Of a DNA stretch of 64,000 nt, positions 29,867 to 39,239 are shown piece by piece. The notes below the pieces were generated by a model, which was not told the origin of the DNA, made no database searches, and worked only from the letters and a program-made list of their open reading frames with translations. The stretch is from an uncultured Elusimicrobia bacterium (GTDB lineage: Bacteria > Elusimicrobiota > Elusimicrobia > UBA1565 > UBA9628). Numbering within the stretch: the stretch's first letter is position 1; every line of letters begins with the position of its first letter. Both the position numbers and the translations under genes were made by a program. The stretch is from positions 1,267 through 65,266 of the forward strand of contig CAIRTQ010000033.1 in NCBI GenBank assembly GCA_903881545.1, written 5' to 3'.

Positions 29867-31003
29867 GTGCCATCCAAGAACGCGCCGGACCCGCAAGCTG
29901 CTGGTTGGATCGGAAGTGGGGCATGTGCCCAGCCGATTCTTGACCGGGAGAGCCAGTTGGATAGGGAGCGCTTTGAAAGGAACCGCGATCTCAACGATAT
30001 GGAAACGCGCTCCCGCAAAATCGTGCTCCAATCCAACCCCCTGCGTTTTGGCGTCATCGCAACGACTGTCTGCAACTTGCGATGCATCATGTGTCTGAGT
30101 TCGCGGCATACCAAGGATGCTACTCTGTCTGCGTCTGCGTTGGCTAAGATAGATGAATTGCTGCCTTTCTTGGAAAGGATCGAATGGCAGGGCGGTGAAG
30201 TCTTTGGAATCGACCACATCAGGGATTATTTCGTCACCCTCTCGCGCTACCCCCAGATCAGCCATCGGTTCACGACCAACGGGCTCTTGCTGGATGAGGA
30301 GTGGATTGAACTCTTGCTCGCGTGCCGGTCGGAGATCACATTCTCCATTGACGGCGCCCGCAAGGAGACCTATGAGCGCATCCGGCGTGGCGGACGCTTT
30401 GAAGACTTGATACGCAATTTGAATCTTATCAGAAAGATGGAAATGGAACACCATAAGAGCATAAGGCGGCATCTTACGGTCGTCGTGATGGCATCGAATT
30501 GCCAGGAACTGGCAGAGTTCGTCCCGTTCGCGGCGGCGTTCGGATTTTATTCGTTGAGTTTTCGGCCAGTGATGTTATTGGAAAACGAAGAGAATATATT
30601 CCAGAGACCGGATTTCGATGGCCGTAGCCTCGCCGTCACGGGTGAACTCATGAGGCGCAAGTGCGAGGAATTGAATATCGCTTTTTGTTGGATGCTCCCG
30701 ACGCCGCCGGAAGACCAGTCTCCCCGCACCGCGGTCCCCGTCCCGCTCGCGGCCGACCGGCTCTTTTGTAATTACCCGTGGAAGTCTCTATGGATATCCG
30801 CCGATAGGGAGGGCGACATCTTCCCTGATTGCTGGTGCCGGCAACCCATCGGCAATGTCTCGACCGAAACTTGTCTACAGGCTTGGAACAGCGAGAAGAT
30901 GCAGGAATACCGTCGGCGCATCATCATGCATGACTCAGGTCTCTGCAACAAGGATTGCGTGACCGGCTATTCCGCGGCCGTGGACCCGAAGAACTATGAG
31001 TGA
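29867..31003 (+). CDS. Radical SAM/SPASM protein (family B)
   Basis: RNRDLNDME...SNP, CNLRCIMC, WQGGE, TTNG, SIDG, FCNYPW...PDCWC...WNS...C..DC. Confidence 0.9.
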   Translation: MPSKNAPDPQAAGWIGSGACAQPILDRESQLDRERFERNRDLNDMETRSRKIVLQSNPLRFGVIATTVCNLRCIMCLSSRHTKDATLSASALAKIDELLPFLERIEWQGGEVFGIDHIRDYFVTLSRYPQISHRFTTNGLLLDEEWIELLLACRSEITFSIDGARKETYERIRRGGRFEDLIRNLNLIRKMEMEHHKSIRRHLTVVVMASNCQELAEFVPFAAAFGFYSLSFRPVMLLENEENIFQRPDFDGRSLAVTGELMRRKCEELNIAFCWMLPTPPEDQSPRTAVPVPLAADRLFCNYPWKSLWISADREGDIFPDCWCRQPIGNVSTETCLQAWNSEKMQEYRRRIIMHDSGLCNKDCVTGYSAAVDPKNYE

Positions 31004-31084
31004 TCCTTTAGCACTTACGCGCAGATCATGTCGCGATGTTTGTGCCCAGTGCTTGCCCGGGAGGCATCCCAAAAGGAGAAACCC

Positions 31085-32050
31085 ATGCTAGAACGATTGC
31101 CTGTCCCGCCCCGGTTCCCCCGCAAGGGCCCGCTCTACAGAGTCTATTGGAATTGGGAAATCACATACGAATGCAATTACCAGTGCTCCTACTGTTACTT
31201 CTGGAAGGAGGAGCGCTACCGACAGGTCTATCCGAGCGTCTCCACGGGGCGGTGGCGGCAGATTTGGGAGGCCATCTTCGAGGATTACGGTTGCGGGCAC
31301 ATCCGATTCTCGGGTGGAGAGCCCTTCGTTTATCCTGATTTCATCGGGCTCGTGTCGGCTCTGGCCGGGATGCATACCGTTGATGTGACTACCAATCTGG
31401 CTTTTGATGTGCACCGTTTTCTGCGGGAAGTCGAGCCAGGCGGAGTCACTCTGTCCGCGAGCTTCCATCCCGAGTTTGTTGCTTTGCGGGATTTTTTGGA
31501 TTCGGTCAGGCTGCTGCAGGAGTGCGGTTTCCCGACCAGCATCGCCTATGTTGCGTACCCGCCCCACTTGGCGGATCTGGAACGATATAAATCCGAAGCG
31601 GAGAAAGGCTCCCTCTTCAAAATCATCCCGTTCCATGGCGAGTTTGAAGGCAAGAGATACCCTGACGGCTACAGCCCCGAGCAGAAGAAGCTCCTGGAGG
31701 GTGCTGCGGCGAACACCACGAACCCGTCTCAAAAGGAGATCAACACTCAATTCCTGGATAGAGGCGCGAGCCAGAAGGGATCCTCGATGGAGAAATCCTG
31801 CCACATGGGCGAGTTGTATGCTAGAATCCTGCCGAGCGGCGAAGTGACCCGATGTTGCCACCCCGACAGCGGGAAGATTGGGAGCATCTTTAGTCCTGGA
31901 TTGAGGCTCCTGGACGCCCCGGCACCATGCGCTGTGGAGGCGTGCCCTTGCTGGAAAGCCATGATCGTCGGCCGTATTGAAGATAAGTATTCGATCCTTT
32001 GGGAAATGCCAGCGCCCAAGAAAGACGGAAGCCCCGCGCCGCGGCTTTGA
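31085..32050 (+). CDS. Radical SAM-twitch protein (family A)
   Basis: WNWEITYECNYQCSYC, GGEP, CHMGELYA...RCCHP...CPCW; AAGGAG RBS. Confidence 0.9.
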   Translation: MLERLPVPPRFPRKGPLYRVYWNWEITYECNYQCSYCYFWKEERYRQVYPSVSTGRWRQIWEAIFEDYGCGHIRFSGGEPFVYPDFIGLVSALAGMHTVDVTTNLAFDVHRFLREVEPGGVTLSASFHPEFVALRDFLDSVRLLQECGFPTSIAYVAYPPHLADLERYKSEAEKGSLFKIIPFHGEFEGKRYPDGYSPEQKKLLEGAAANTTNPSQKEINTQFLDRGASQKGSSMEKSCHMGELYARILPSGEVTRCCHPDSGKIGSIFSPGLRLLDAPAPCAVEACPCWKAMIVGRIEDKYSILWEMPAPKKDGSPAPRL

Positions 32051-32051
32051 G

Positions 32052-32891
32052 ATGGATGACAAGATTTCGTTCAGTTGGGACCTGCACTTCGTCTGCAACT
32101 ACCGTTGTCCCTACTGCTGGTTTGACGGGAAATGGGGCGATCTTTCCAAATTCAACCTTTATCCGTCCTTGGCCGATGTGCTCAAAGCGTGGGGGCGGAT
32201 TCACGACAGATATGGCGCCGCGCACATCCATCTGTTAGGGGGAGAGCCGCTCGTATACCCCCGGTTCCCCGAACTTATTAGGGCCTTATCCCGTTCCCAC
32301 AATGTTTCTTGTACGACCAATTTGTCCGTGGATGTGGACGAATTCTTGCACGATATCGACTCCGCCCGGGTCCGTTTTTCTCCGACCTTCCACCCGCGAT
32401 TCGCTGATTTCGATCGATTCGTTTCCAGGCTATTGAAGCTACAGGGACAGGGCTTGGCGGCCGCCAAGGTGGGCTATCTTGCCTATCCGCCGCAGATCCC
32501 GGACTTCGAATCCTTCCGGAAAAGATTCGCAGCGCATGGGATCGCGCTGGTGGCCATGACCTTTTGGGGTGATTATGGTGGTATTTCGTTCCCAGCCGGG
32601 TATTCTCAGGAGGAAAAATCTATCATCGAGCCGTATCTGGCGGATCGCGACGGAGAGAAGTTCCAGCTGGAACCGAAAAAAGTCAAAGGCATGCTCTGCG
32701 GGGCCGGACAGCGCTATGCGGTCGTGAAGCCGGATGGAGCGGTCGTCAGATGCGGCGGGAGCAGCGTTTCGCAGTCGATGGGCAATTTGTTCGATGACCA
32801 TTTCGCGCTGGCGGATCAGCCCCAACCCTGTGTTTCAGACCACTGTCCGTGCAATGAATGGGTGGCGCTACTGCTCGAGGAGGTGGCGTGA
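32052..32891 (+). CDS. Radical SAM-twitch protein (family A)
   Basis: FSWDLHFVCNYRCPYC, GGEP, TFHPRF, CGAGQRYA...CPCNEW. Confidence 0.9.
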   Translation: MDDKISFSWDLHFVCNYRCPYCWFDGKWGDLSKFNLYPSLADVLKAWGRIHDRYGAAHIHLLGGEPLVYPRFPELIRALSRSHNVSCTTNLSVDVDEFLHDIDSARVRFSPTFHPRFADFDRFVSRLLKLQGQGLAAAKVGYLAYPPQIPDFESFRKRFAAHGIALVAMTFWGDYGGISFPAGYSQEEKSIIEPYLADRDGEKFQLEPKKVKGMLCGAGQRYAVVKPDGAVVRCGGSSVSQSMGNLFDDHFALADQPQPCVSDHCPCNEWVALLLEEVA

Positions 32892-33793
32892 GGGGCGCGG
32901 CCAAGACTCCGGTCGCGCAGCCTCCGGCCGCCGACACTGCGGCTCCTGCGGCGGCGCCGATTGAGTTCAGCTGGGACATTCATCATGCCTGCAATTACCG
33001 GTGCCCATACTGCTTCAGCCATGGCCACTGGGAAGAGCTGGCCCGGATGAACAGATATTTCCCGGTGGCCAAATGGTTGGAGGCATGGCACGCCATCAGA
33101 TTGCGGCATGGCCGTGCCCGCATCAAGATAGCCTGCGGCGAACCCTTCACCTATCCCGCTTTTTTCGACTTGGCGGCGGGGTTGTCCCAGGAGCATTCTT
33201 TGGAGATCGTCACCAATCTTTCCTGCCGGAAGGAGGAACTGTCCACATTCTTGGCCGGGGTCTCTCCCGGGGCAGTGACTCTTTATGCCAGCTTCCACCC
33301 GCGATTCGCGGAATTTGAGCCTTTTATCGAAAAGGCGCTGTTGGCCAAGGCCCAGGGCGTCTTGGCCGGCGTCAATTTTGTCGCCTATCCTCCGGACTTG
33401 GAGCAAGCGCAGCGGCTCAAGGCGAGTTTTAATGCTGCCAGCCTCACTTTCGGCATTCTTCCTTTTCGGGGGATGTACCATGGTGCCGTCTATCCTGATT
33501 CCTACACCGAAGCGGAGAAGCAGGCCATCCATGAGACGGCGCGCGGAGCCTCTCCCAAGCAGGTGGAGAATCTCCGCTGGATGGTGGAGCCGGAGCGGAC
33601 CAGGGGCAGGCTGTGCCGCGCAGGCCAGGCCTTTGCCTGCGTAGAATCTGATGGGACTGTCTTCCGCTGCGGGGAGTCCAAGCATAAGCCGATTGGATGT
33701 ATCTTCGACCAAAACCTCGCGTTGTCCGAGGAACCGCGTCCATGCGAGAAAGAATCCTGCCCATGCGAGTTCAGGTGGCTGGTGCGGGAGTGA
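32888..33793 (+). CDS. Radical SAM-twitch protein (family A)
   Basis: FSWDIHHACNYRCPYC, CGEP, SFHPRF, CRAG...RC...CPC; GTGA overlap. Confidence 0.9.
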   Translation: MRGAAKTPVAQPPAADTAAPAAAPIEFSWDIHHACNYRCPYCFSHGHWEELARMNRYFPVAKWLEAWHAIRLRHGRARIKIACGEPFTYPAFFDLAAGLSQEHSLEIVTNLSCRKEELSTFLAGVSPGAVTLYASFHPRFAEFEPFIEKALLAKAQGVLAGVNFVAYPPDLEQAQRLKASFNAASLTFGILPFRGMYHGAVYPDSYTEAEKQAIHETARGASPKQVENLRWMVEPERTRGRLCRAGQAFACVESDGTVFRCGESKHKPIGCIFDQNLALSEEPRPCEKESCPCEFRWLVRE

Positions 33794-33797
33794 AACC

Positions 33798-34736
33798 ATG
33801 ATTCAGCCGCGAGCCGAGGTCCCGCCGTACGGCGTATTCTTCACATGGGACATCCATTTCCGGTGCAATTATAGTTGTCCTTATTGCTTTTTCGACAAGA
33901 TATGGCCGCAATTGGCGGAGGAGAACCGATATCCCGGTGCGGACAAATGGATTGAGGTCTGGGAAGGGATCCATGCCAGATACGGGCCCTGCAATATCCA
34001 TATCACGGGTGGAGAACTCTCCAGCTATCCTGATTTCTTGCGCCTCGCGGCAGCGTTGGCGCAACGGCATTTTTTGGAATTGGACACCAATCTATCGCTG
34101 GACGCGGAGTCCTTCGTTGCGCGTATTCCGCCGCGTAATGTCCGATTCGCGGCCACCTTCCATCCCGTTTGCACGGATATCGATTCATTCCTCAGAAGGG
34201 CCGTCAGGCTGCGCGATAGCGGATTCCCCATAAGGGTCGATTTTGTCGCGTATCCGCCGCAACTGGCCAACCTACCGGAATACGCCGCCAGGTTCCAGAA
34301 GAGCAACATGGATCTGCAGGTCATACCCTTCCGAGGGGAATACCAGGGCCGCCAGTACCCGGGAGGATACACCGACCAGGAAAGGGCGGCGGTCCTGAGC
34401 TTAGGCGGCAAGCCCTTTTCCACGGGACAGATGATGGAGAAATATGCCGCCCCCGATGCGAGCCGCCTGCCCCTGCGCAATGTGTGCCGCATGGGCCAGA
34501 TGTATGCGAAGATACGGCCAGACGGTACGGCGCATCGGTGCTGTAAGGTCAAAGACAGCGGCAAGCTCGGGAATCTGCTCGAAGGGACATTCAAGCTGTT
34601 GGATGATGCCGCCCCATGCGATTACAGTGATGAATGCACATGCTGGAGAGCGATGGTCCTGGGCCGGGAGGAGAACTGGCTCCGCGATTGGGTGTTCCCG
34701 TTCCGGCGTTCCGCAACGGAGGCCGCGCGGCCATGA
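33798..34736 (+). CDS. Radical SAM-twitch protein (family A)
   Basis: FFTWDIHFRCNYSCPYC, TGGE, TFHP, CRMGQMYA...RCC...CTCW. Confidence 0.9.
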   Translation: MIQPRAEVPPYGVFFTWDIHFRCNYSCPYCFFDKIWPQLAEENRYPGADKWIEVWEGIHARYGPCNIHITGGELSSYPDFLRLAAALAQRHFLELDTNLSLDAESFVARIPPRNVRFAATFHPVCTDIDSFLRRAVRLRDSGFPIRVDFVAYPPQLANLPEYAARFQKSNMDLQVIPFRGEYQGRQYPGGYTDQERAAVLSLGGKPFSTGQMMEKYAAPDASRLPLRNVCRMGQMYAKIRPDGTAHRCCKVKDSGKLGNLLEGTFKLLDDAAPCDYSDECTCWRAMVLGREENWLRDWVFPFRRSATEAARP

Positions 34737-35806
34737 TGCCTTGCGGTCGTGCGATCTCTAACCGGGACTTGAACGCGACGGAATTGGCCCGGCGGGAAGT
34801 GGCGCTGGAATCCTTGCCCACGAAGCTCATGGTCGTCCTCACCCGGGAGTGCAACCTCAGGTGTATCATGTGTCCAAGGTGTTTGGACCGGCCTTTGACA
34901 TTGCCCTACGCTCTGGCCGTAAAGGCGACCGAACTCCTGCCCGGGCTGGAGAAGATCGATTGGCAGGGGGGCGAGGTTTTCCTCCTGGACTACTTCAAGA
35001 AACTCTTTGCCATGACAGCCGATCATCCCCATATCCTACAGCATATCACTACCAACGGGCTGCTCATCGACCAGCAATGGGCGGAGCTGTTCTCCCGATC
35101 GAAGGTCGATCTCCTGATTTCCATAGATTCCGTGGTGGCGGCCACGTACGAATCCATCAGGGTCAACGGGCGGTTCGCGGATCTGCTCCGCGCCCTGGAC
35201 CGTCTTAATGGCGCCCGGGTTAAGAACCCCGGGGACTTGCATCTCGATTTGATTGCCATCGTCATGAAGCGTAACTATCGCGAGGTAGAGCTGTTGCCCG
35301 ATTTCTGCCTGCGTCATGGGTTCAGGAGCCTGCTCCTCGACCTGCTCTGGCCGGCGGTCGCTCCGCAAGAGGATATTCTCACCCCGCCGGACCAGCTGGC
35401 GGTGGAATTCTTGCGCCGGGCGCTGCCGCGCATGGAGCGTGACTGCGCGGAGCAGGGGATCCAGTTTAACTGCACTTTTCGTCAACATCTGGAGGTCGCG
35501 CCGGCTGGTTGGGATTCGGACGCCGGTGAGAGTGCGGTCGCGCCGAGAGTGTTGCGCGTAGTGGAACCGACGTGGGATTGCTCGGCTCCCTGGAACAGTC
35601 TGCATGTCGAGCCCGATGGTCACGTCTATCCAGATTGCAAGTGCTCGCGAGCGGTTGGCGATCTATGTAAGAGCTCCTTGAAGAAAATATGGAACGGAGG
35701 GGAGATGCGCCAGTATCGGTCTCTGCTGAGGGCTGGCCAGGCGCGGCAGATCTGCTCCGAACAGTGCGGATTGTACGCGTCCTTGAGTAGAAGGGATGGA
35801 CAGTAG
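34733..35806 (+). CDS. Radical SAM/SPASM protein (family B)
   Basis: SNRDLNATE...SLP, CNLRCIMC, WQGGE, TTNG, CSAPW...PDCKC...IWNG...C..QC. Confidence 0.9.
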   Translation: MMPCGRAISNRDLNATELARREVALESLPTKLMVVLTRECNLRCIMCPRCLDRPLTLPYALAVKATELLPGLEKIDWQGGEVFLLDYFKKLFAMTADHPHILQHITTNGLLIDQQWAELFSRSKVDLLISIDSVVAATYESIRVNGRFADLLRALDRLNGARVKNPGDLHLDLIAIVMKRNYREVELLPDFCLRHGFRSLLLDLLWPAVAPQEDILTPPDQLAVEFLRRALPRMERDCAEQGIQFNCTFRQHLEVAPAGWDSDAGESAVAPRVLRVVEPTWDCSAPWNSLHVEPDGHVYPDCKCSRAVGDLCKSSLKKIWNGGEMRQYRSLLRAGQARQICSEQCGLYASLSRRDGQ

Positions 35807-35874
35807 TTGGTCTATGCGCTGCGGGGATACGAGAAGCCGGCGGCAGAGTGGCCGGTGGGCCTAAGGAGTCGAGA

Positions 35875-36729
35875 TTGAATCCTACAGAATCAAGCGGGAT
35901 CCTTTCGTTTTCGTGGGACCTTCATTACGCCTGCAACTACCGTTGTCCTTATTGCTGGTGGCACGGAAGATGGGAGGAGCTCGCCCGCGGCAACGTGTAT
36001 CCCCCGTCGGATAAGCTGGTGGATATCTGGCGGAGCATTTACTATAGTTACGGGGGAGGGCATATCTCCATCGTCGGGGGAGAGCCTCTCATTTATCCGG
36101 AATTCGGCAAGGTGGTAAGAGAGATCTCCCAGATGTTCTCGATAGGCATTGTCACCAATTTGGCGGGTGACATTGCCGACCTGTTACGGGAGACTTCTCC
36201 TTCCCGGGTCGCTATCACCCCCACATTCCATCCGGGATTCGTGGATTTCGACGAATTCCTGGGTCGAGCGGTACAGTTGAAGGAAGGCGGCAGAGGCTCC
36301 GCCGTGCTCTATGTCGCCTACCCGGAGCAGCTCAAGCGTATCCCGGAGTACGGGGAGAGATTTAAGAAGCATGGGTTGGAGCTTCAGGTTTTCTCCTTCT
36401 GGGGCGAATTCCAGGGGAAGACCTATCCCGCCAGTTACACGCAAGAGGAAAAGACCATCATCGGATCGTATTTGGGAGAACGCGCTGGGAAGAAGTTCCA
36501 ACTCGTCCCCAGCAAGGTCAAGGGCAAGTTGTGCCGGGCGGGCCAACGCTACGCGGTCGTAAAGGCCAACGGAGACGTCGCGGCCTGCGGAGGGGATTGG
36601 CCGCGTATGATGGGGAATATCTTTGCCGGCACGTTCAAGCTCCAGGATCAGCCGTTGCCTTGCCAATCGGATTTTTGCCCGTGTAACGAATGGGCCTATC
36701 TTCTGTTGCCCGACGATGCAACTAACTAG
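35875..36729 (+). CDS. Radical SAM-twitch protein (family A)
   Basis: FSWDLHYACNYRCPYC, GGEP, TFHP, CRAGQRYA...CPCNEW; AAGGAG before a TTG start. Confidence 0.9.
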   Translation: MNPTESSGILSFSWDLHYACNYRCPYCWWHGRWEELARGNVYPPSDKLVDIWRSIYYSYGGGHISIVGGEPLIYPEFGKVVREISQMFSIGIVTNLAGDIADLLRETSPSRVAITPTFHPGFVDFDEFLGRAVQLKEGGRGSAVLYVAYPEQLKRIPEYGERFKKHGLELQVFSFWGEFQGKTYPASYTQEEKTIIGSYLGERAGKKFQLVPSKVKGKLCRAGQRYAVVKANGDVAACGGDWPRMMGNIFAGTFKLQDQPLPCQSDFCPCNEWAYLLLPDDATN

Positions 36730-36742
36730 CAAGGGAGACCAA

Positions 36743-37819
36743 ATGGACCAGCGCGAAAGCTACATCGAATCAGAACTGGGAGCGCGCAGGCTGCTTCCTC
36801 AGGAGGACGAGAAGGTCGTCGCCGCGGAGCACTATATCAGGGTGGATAAGCCTTTCCAGCCTCTTCCCGAGGCTACCAGCGCGCTGGATCGCAGCCGGAT
36901 CGCGCCGAATCACGTCTTCTTCACTTGGGACATCCATTACGCCTGCAACTACAATTGCACTTATTGCAACACTCCAAAACGGGTGCAGCCGGCTGATATG
37001 TGGACCTTCCGGGAGCGCAAGAGGGTCGTGTATCCGGGATTGCGACGTTGGCTGGAGGTGTGGAGCAAGATTCACGACCTTTATGGAAGCAGCGAAATCC
37101 ATATCACCGGCGGGGAGCCTTTCATTTATCCCGATTTCCTGGAGCTTATCACCGAACTCTCCAAGATACACACCCTGGAGATCATCACGAATCTGGCCGT
37201 AGACGCCAAGGAGATTGCTGCGCATGTCACCCCCGACCGGGTGCGGATAGGGACTACTTTCCATCCCGAATTCGCCGATTTGCGCGGCTTCCTGGAAAAA
37301 CATAAGGCGCTGCGGGCCGGCGGTTTCGAGACTTGGGCCAACTATGTGCTCTATCCGCCATTGTTGGCGGAGGTCCCCAATTACAAGCGTGAATTCGATG
37401 CGCTCGGCATCCCTTTCAACTTGCAGCCATATTTAGGTTGGTACAACAACAAGGAGTATCCCATGGGGTACTCCGATGAAGAGCTGTCATTTCTGAAGGC
37501 ATGCTACGGCAGCGATGATATCGTCAACAAGAAGACCATGGAATGGAAGATCGGCTCGCCTAAACGCGACATGAGAGGGCAGCCTTGCCGGATGGGCCAG
37601 ATGTACGCCAAGATCTATCCGACGGGAGACGCCTATCGGTGCTGCGCCAGCGGCGGGGCCTACATTGGTAATCTGATCGAAGGCACTTTTCAGCTGAACA
37701 GCGAACCCTTGCCCTGCGACGGCGAACATTGTCATTGCTGGAGGGGTATGCTTGTTTCCCAGGAGGAAGGCTGGAAGCGCCATTGGGTGATTCCCCACAA
37801 ACAGGCTGTCAGGGCGTGA
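36743..37819 (+). CDS. Radical SAM-twitch protein (family A)
   Basis: FFTWDIHYACNYNCTYC, GGEP, TFHPEF, CRMGQMYA...RCC...CHCW. Confidence 0.9.
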   Translation: MDQRESYIESELGARRLLPQEDEKVVAAEHYIRVDKPFQPLPEATSALDRSRIAPNHVFFTWDIHYACNYNCTYCNTPKRVQPADMWTFRERKRVVYPGLRRWLEVWSKIHDLYGSSEIHITGGEPFIYPDFLELITELSKIHTLEIITNLAVDAKEIAAHVTPDRVRIGTTFHPEFADLRGFLEKHKALRAGGFETWANYVLYPPLLAEVPNYKREFDALGIPFNLQPYLGWYNNKEYPMGYSDEELSFLKACYGSDDIVNKKTMEWKIGSPKRDMRGQPCRMGQMYAKIYPTGDAYRCCASGGAYIGNLIEGTFQLNSEPLPCDGEHCHCWRGMLVSQEEGWKRHWVIPHKQAVRA

Positions 37820-37853
37820 ATCCCCGGCCAGTTCGTCGCGGTGCAGGGACCGT

Positions 37854-39239
37854 ATGAAGATTGCTCTGGTCCTGGCGCCCAACTTGTTTAAGCGCGGCCC
37901 TCTGATAGGATTGGCCTACCTGGACGCCTATCTCAAGGCGCATGATTTCGAGGTTGAGATTTTCGATCTGAACACCGAGATCCAGGTACCGCACGAGGGC
38001 GATGAGACTCTGTGGGGCCAGAAGGAGTTCGTAGACGACCTCATGTCCGCGAACCAAGGTGCTTGGGACCTGCTGGCCCGCAAGGTGTTGCGGTCCGGCG
38101 CCGAGGTCATCGGATTCTCCGCATGGGCGAGCACCAGCTTTGCCTCCTTGGGCCTCGCGAGGATCATGAAGCGTGAGGATCCCAAGAGGCTGGTCGTCTT
38201 TGGAGGGCCACAATGCAGCTTCTTCCCCGATGAGTTGCTCTCCGACGGGAGCGTGGATGCGCTGGTCTTCGGCGAAGGCGAGGCAACCCTTCTGGAACTG
38301 GCGCGTCAGTATCGGGCGCAGGGCAGAGTCGAGTCCTGTCCGGGCGCGGCTACCAGACATGACGGCGCGGCCACCCCGGCCACCTTCAGGCCGGAAATCC
38401 CGGATTTGGACGCACTGCCCTTCCCCGATTTCTCCGGATTCCCACTAAAGAAATACTATTTTCCCAACCATCTTCCCATCACTTTCTACCGGGGCTGCGC
38501 TAGGCGCTGCGTGTTCTGTAACTCTGCCTCAATATGGAAGAAGTTCCGCTCGCGTTCGGCACGGAACATCTTCCGCGAAATGCTCCATCAGAAGAGTCTT
38601 TATCCCAATCTCGAGAAGTTCGAGGTGGACGATACCGCTCTGAACCTGGATCTGAATGTGATCTCCGAGTTGTGCGACCTGATGTCGGCCCATGATTTTA
38701 AAATCCGCTGGGGAGGCGCCGCCATAATTCATCCGGACCTCGGGCCGGAACTGCTGCGCAAGATGGGGCGAGCCGGATGCAACAGCCTGGCCTATGGTTT
38801 GGAAAGTGGCTCGCAGGTGGTGATCGATGGGATGCGGAAGGGCTTTAGGATCGATGCCGCCGAAAGGAATGTCAGGGATACCCATGATGCCGGTATAGGG
38901 GTCGACCTGAATATCGTTATCGGCTTTCCGGGCGAAACGGAGAGAGAGTTTCAAGAAACCTGTGCCTTCATTCAACGCAATAGGGAATTCATTTCCTTCG
39001 TGAGTTTTCCCAGCGAATGTTGGGTAGGCAACGACACGTACCTGCACACCCACCCGGAGGATTTCGGGATCGTGCTTGGGGAGTCCGGGCACATGTGGCG
39101 TTCTCAAGACGGGACCAATACCCATGAGGTGCGGCAAGACAGGATCCGCAGGTTCAACGGTATGGTTTCATCCCTCGGGCTCTCCCAGCACAACTACGCT
39201 ACAGAAGCGGCAAAGCGGCAAGGAGCGGCGCGCCTATGA
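37854..39239 (+). CDS. Cobalamin-dependent radical SAM protein
   Basis: MKIALV...GLAYL, VFGGP, FGEGE, RGCARRCVFC, GLESGS, IGFPGET, WRSQDGTNT. Confidence 0.93.
   Translation: MKIALVLAPNLFKRGPLIGLAYLDAYLKAHDFEVEIFDLNTEIQVPHEGDETLWGQKEFVDDLMSANQGAWDLLARKVLRSGAEVIGFSAWASTSFASLGLARIMKREDPKRLVVFGGPQCSFFPDELLSDGSVDALVFGEGEATLLELARQYRAQGRVESCPGAATRHDGAATPATFRPEIPDLDALPFPDFSGFPLKKYYFPNHLPITFYRGCARRCVFCNSASIWKKFRSRSARNIFREMLHQKSLYPNLEKFEVDDTALNLDLNVISELCDLMSAHDFKIRWGGAAIIHPDLGPELLRKMGRAGCNSLAYGLESGSQVVIDGMRKGFRIDAAERNVRDTHDAGIGVDLNIVIGFPGETEREFQETCAFIQRNREFISFVSFPSECWVGNDTYLHTHPEDFGIVLGESGHMWRSQDGTNTHEVRQDRIRRFNGMVSSLGLSQHNYATEAAKRQGAARL

Noticed and set aside
15805-37819. Family-A rSAMs as prokaryotic viperins (CNY-x-C-x-[YF]-C similarity)
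   Set aside because: They lack the viperin NYHF-type pre-motif and carry a C-terminal Cys-rich twitch domain that viperins do not have.
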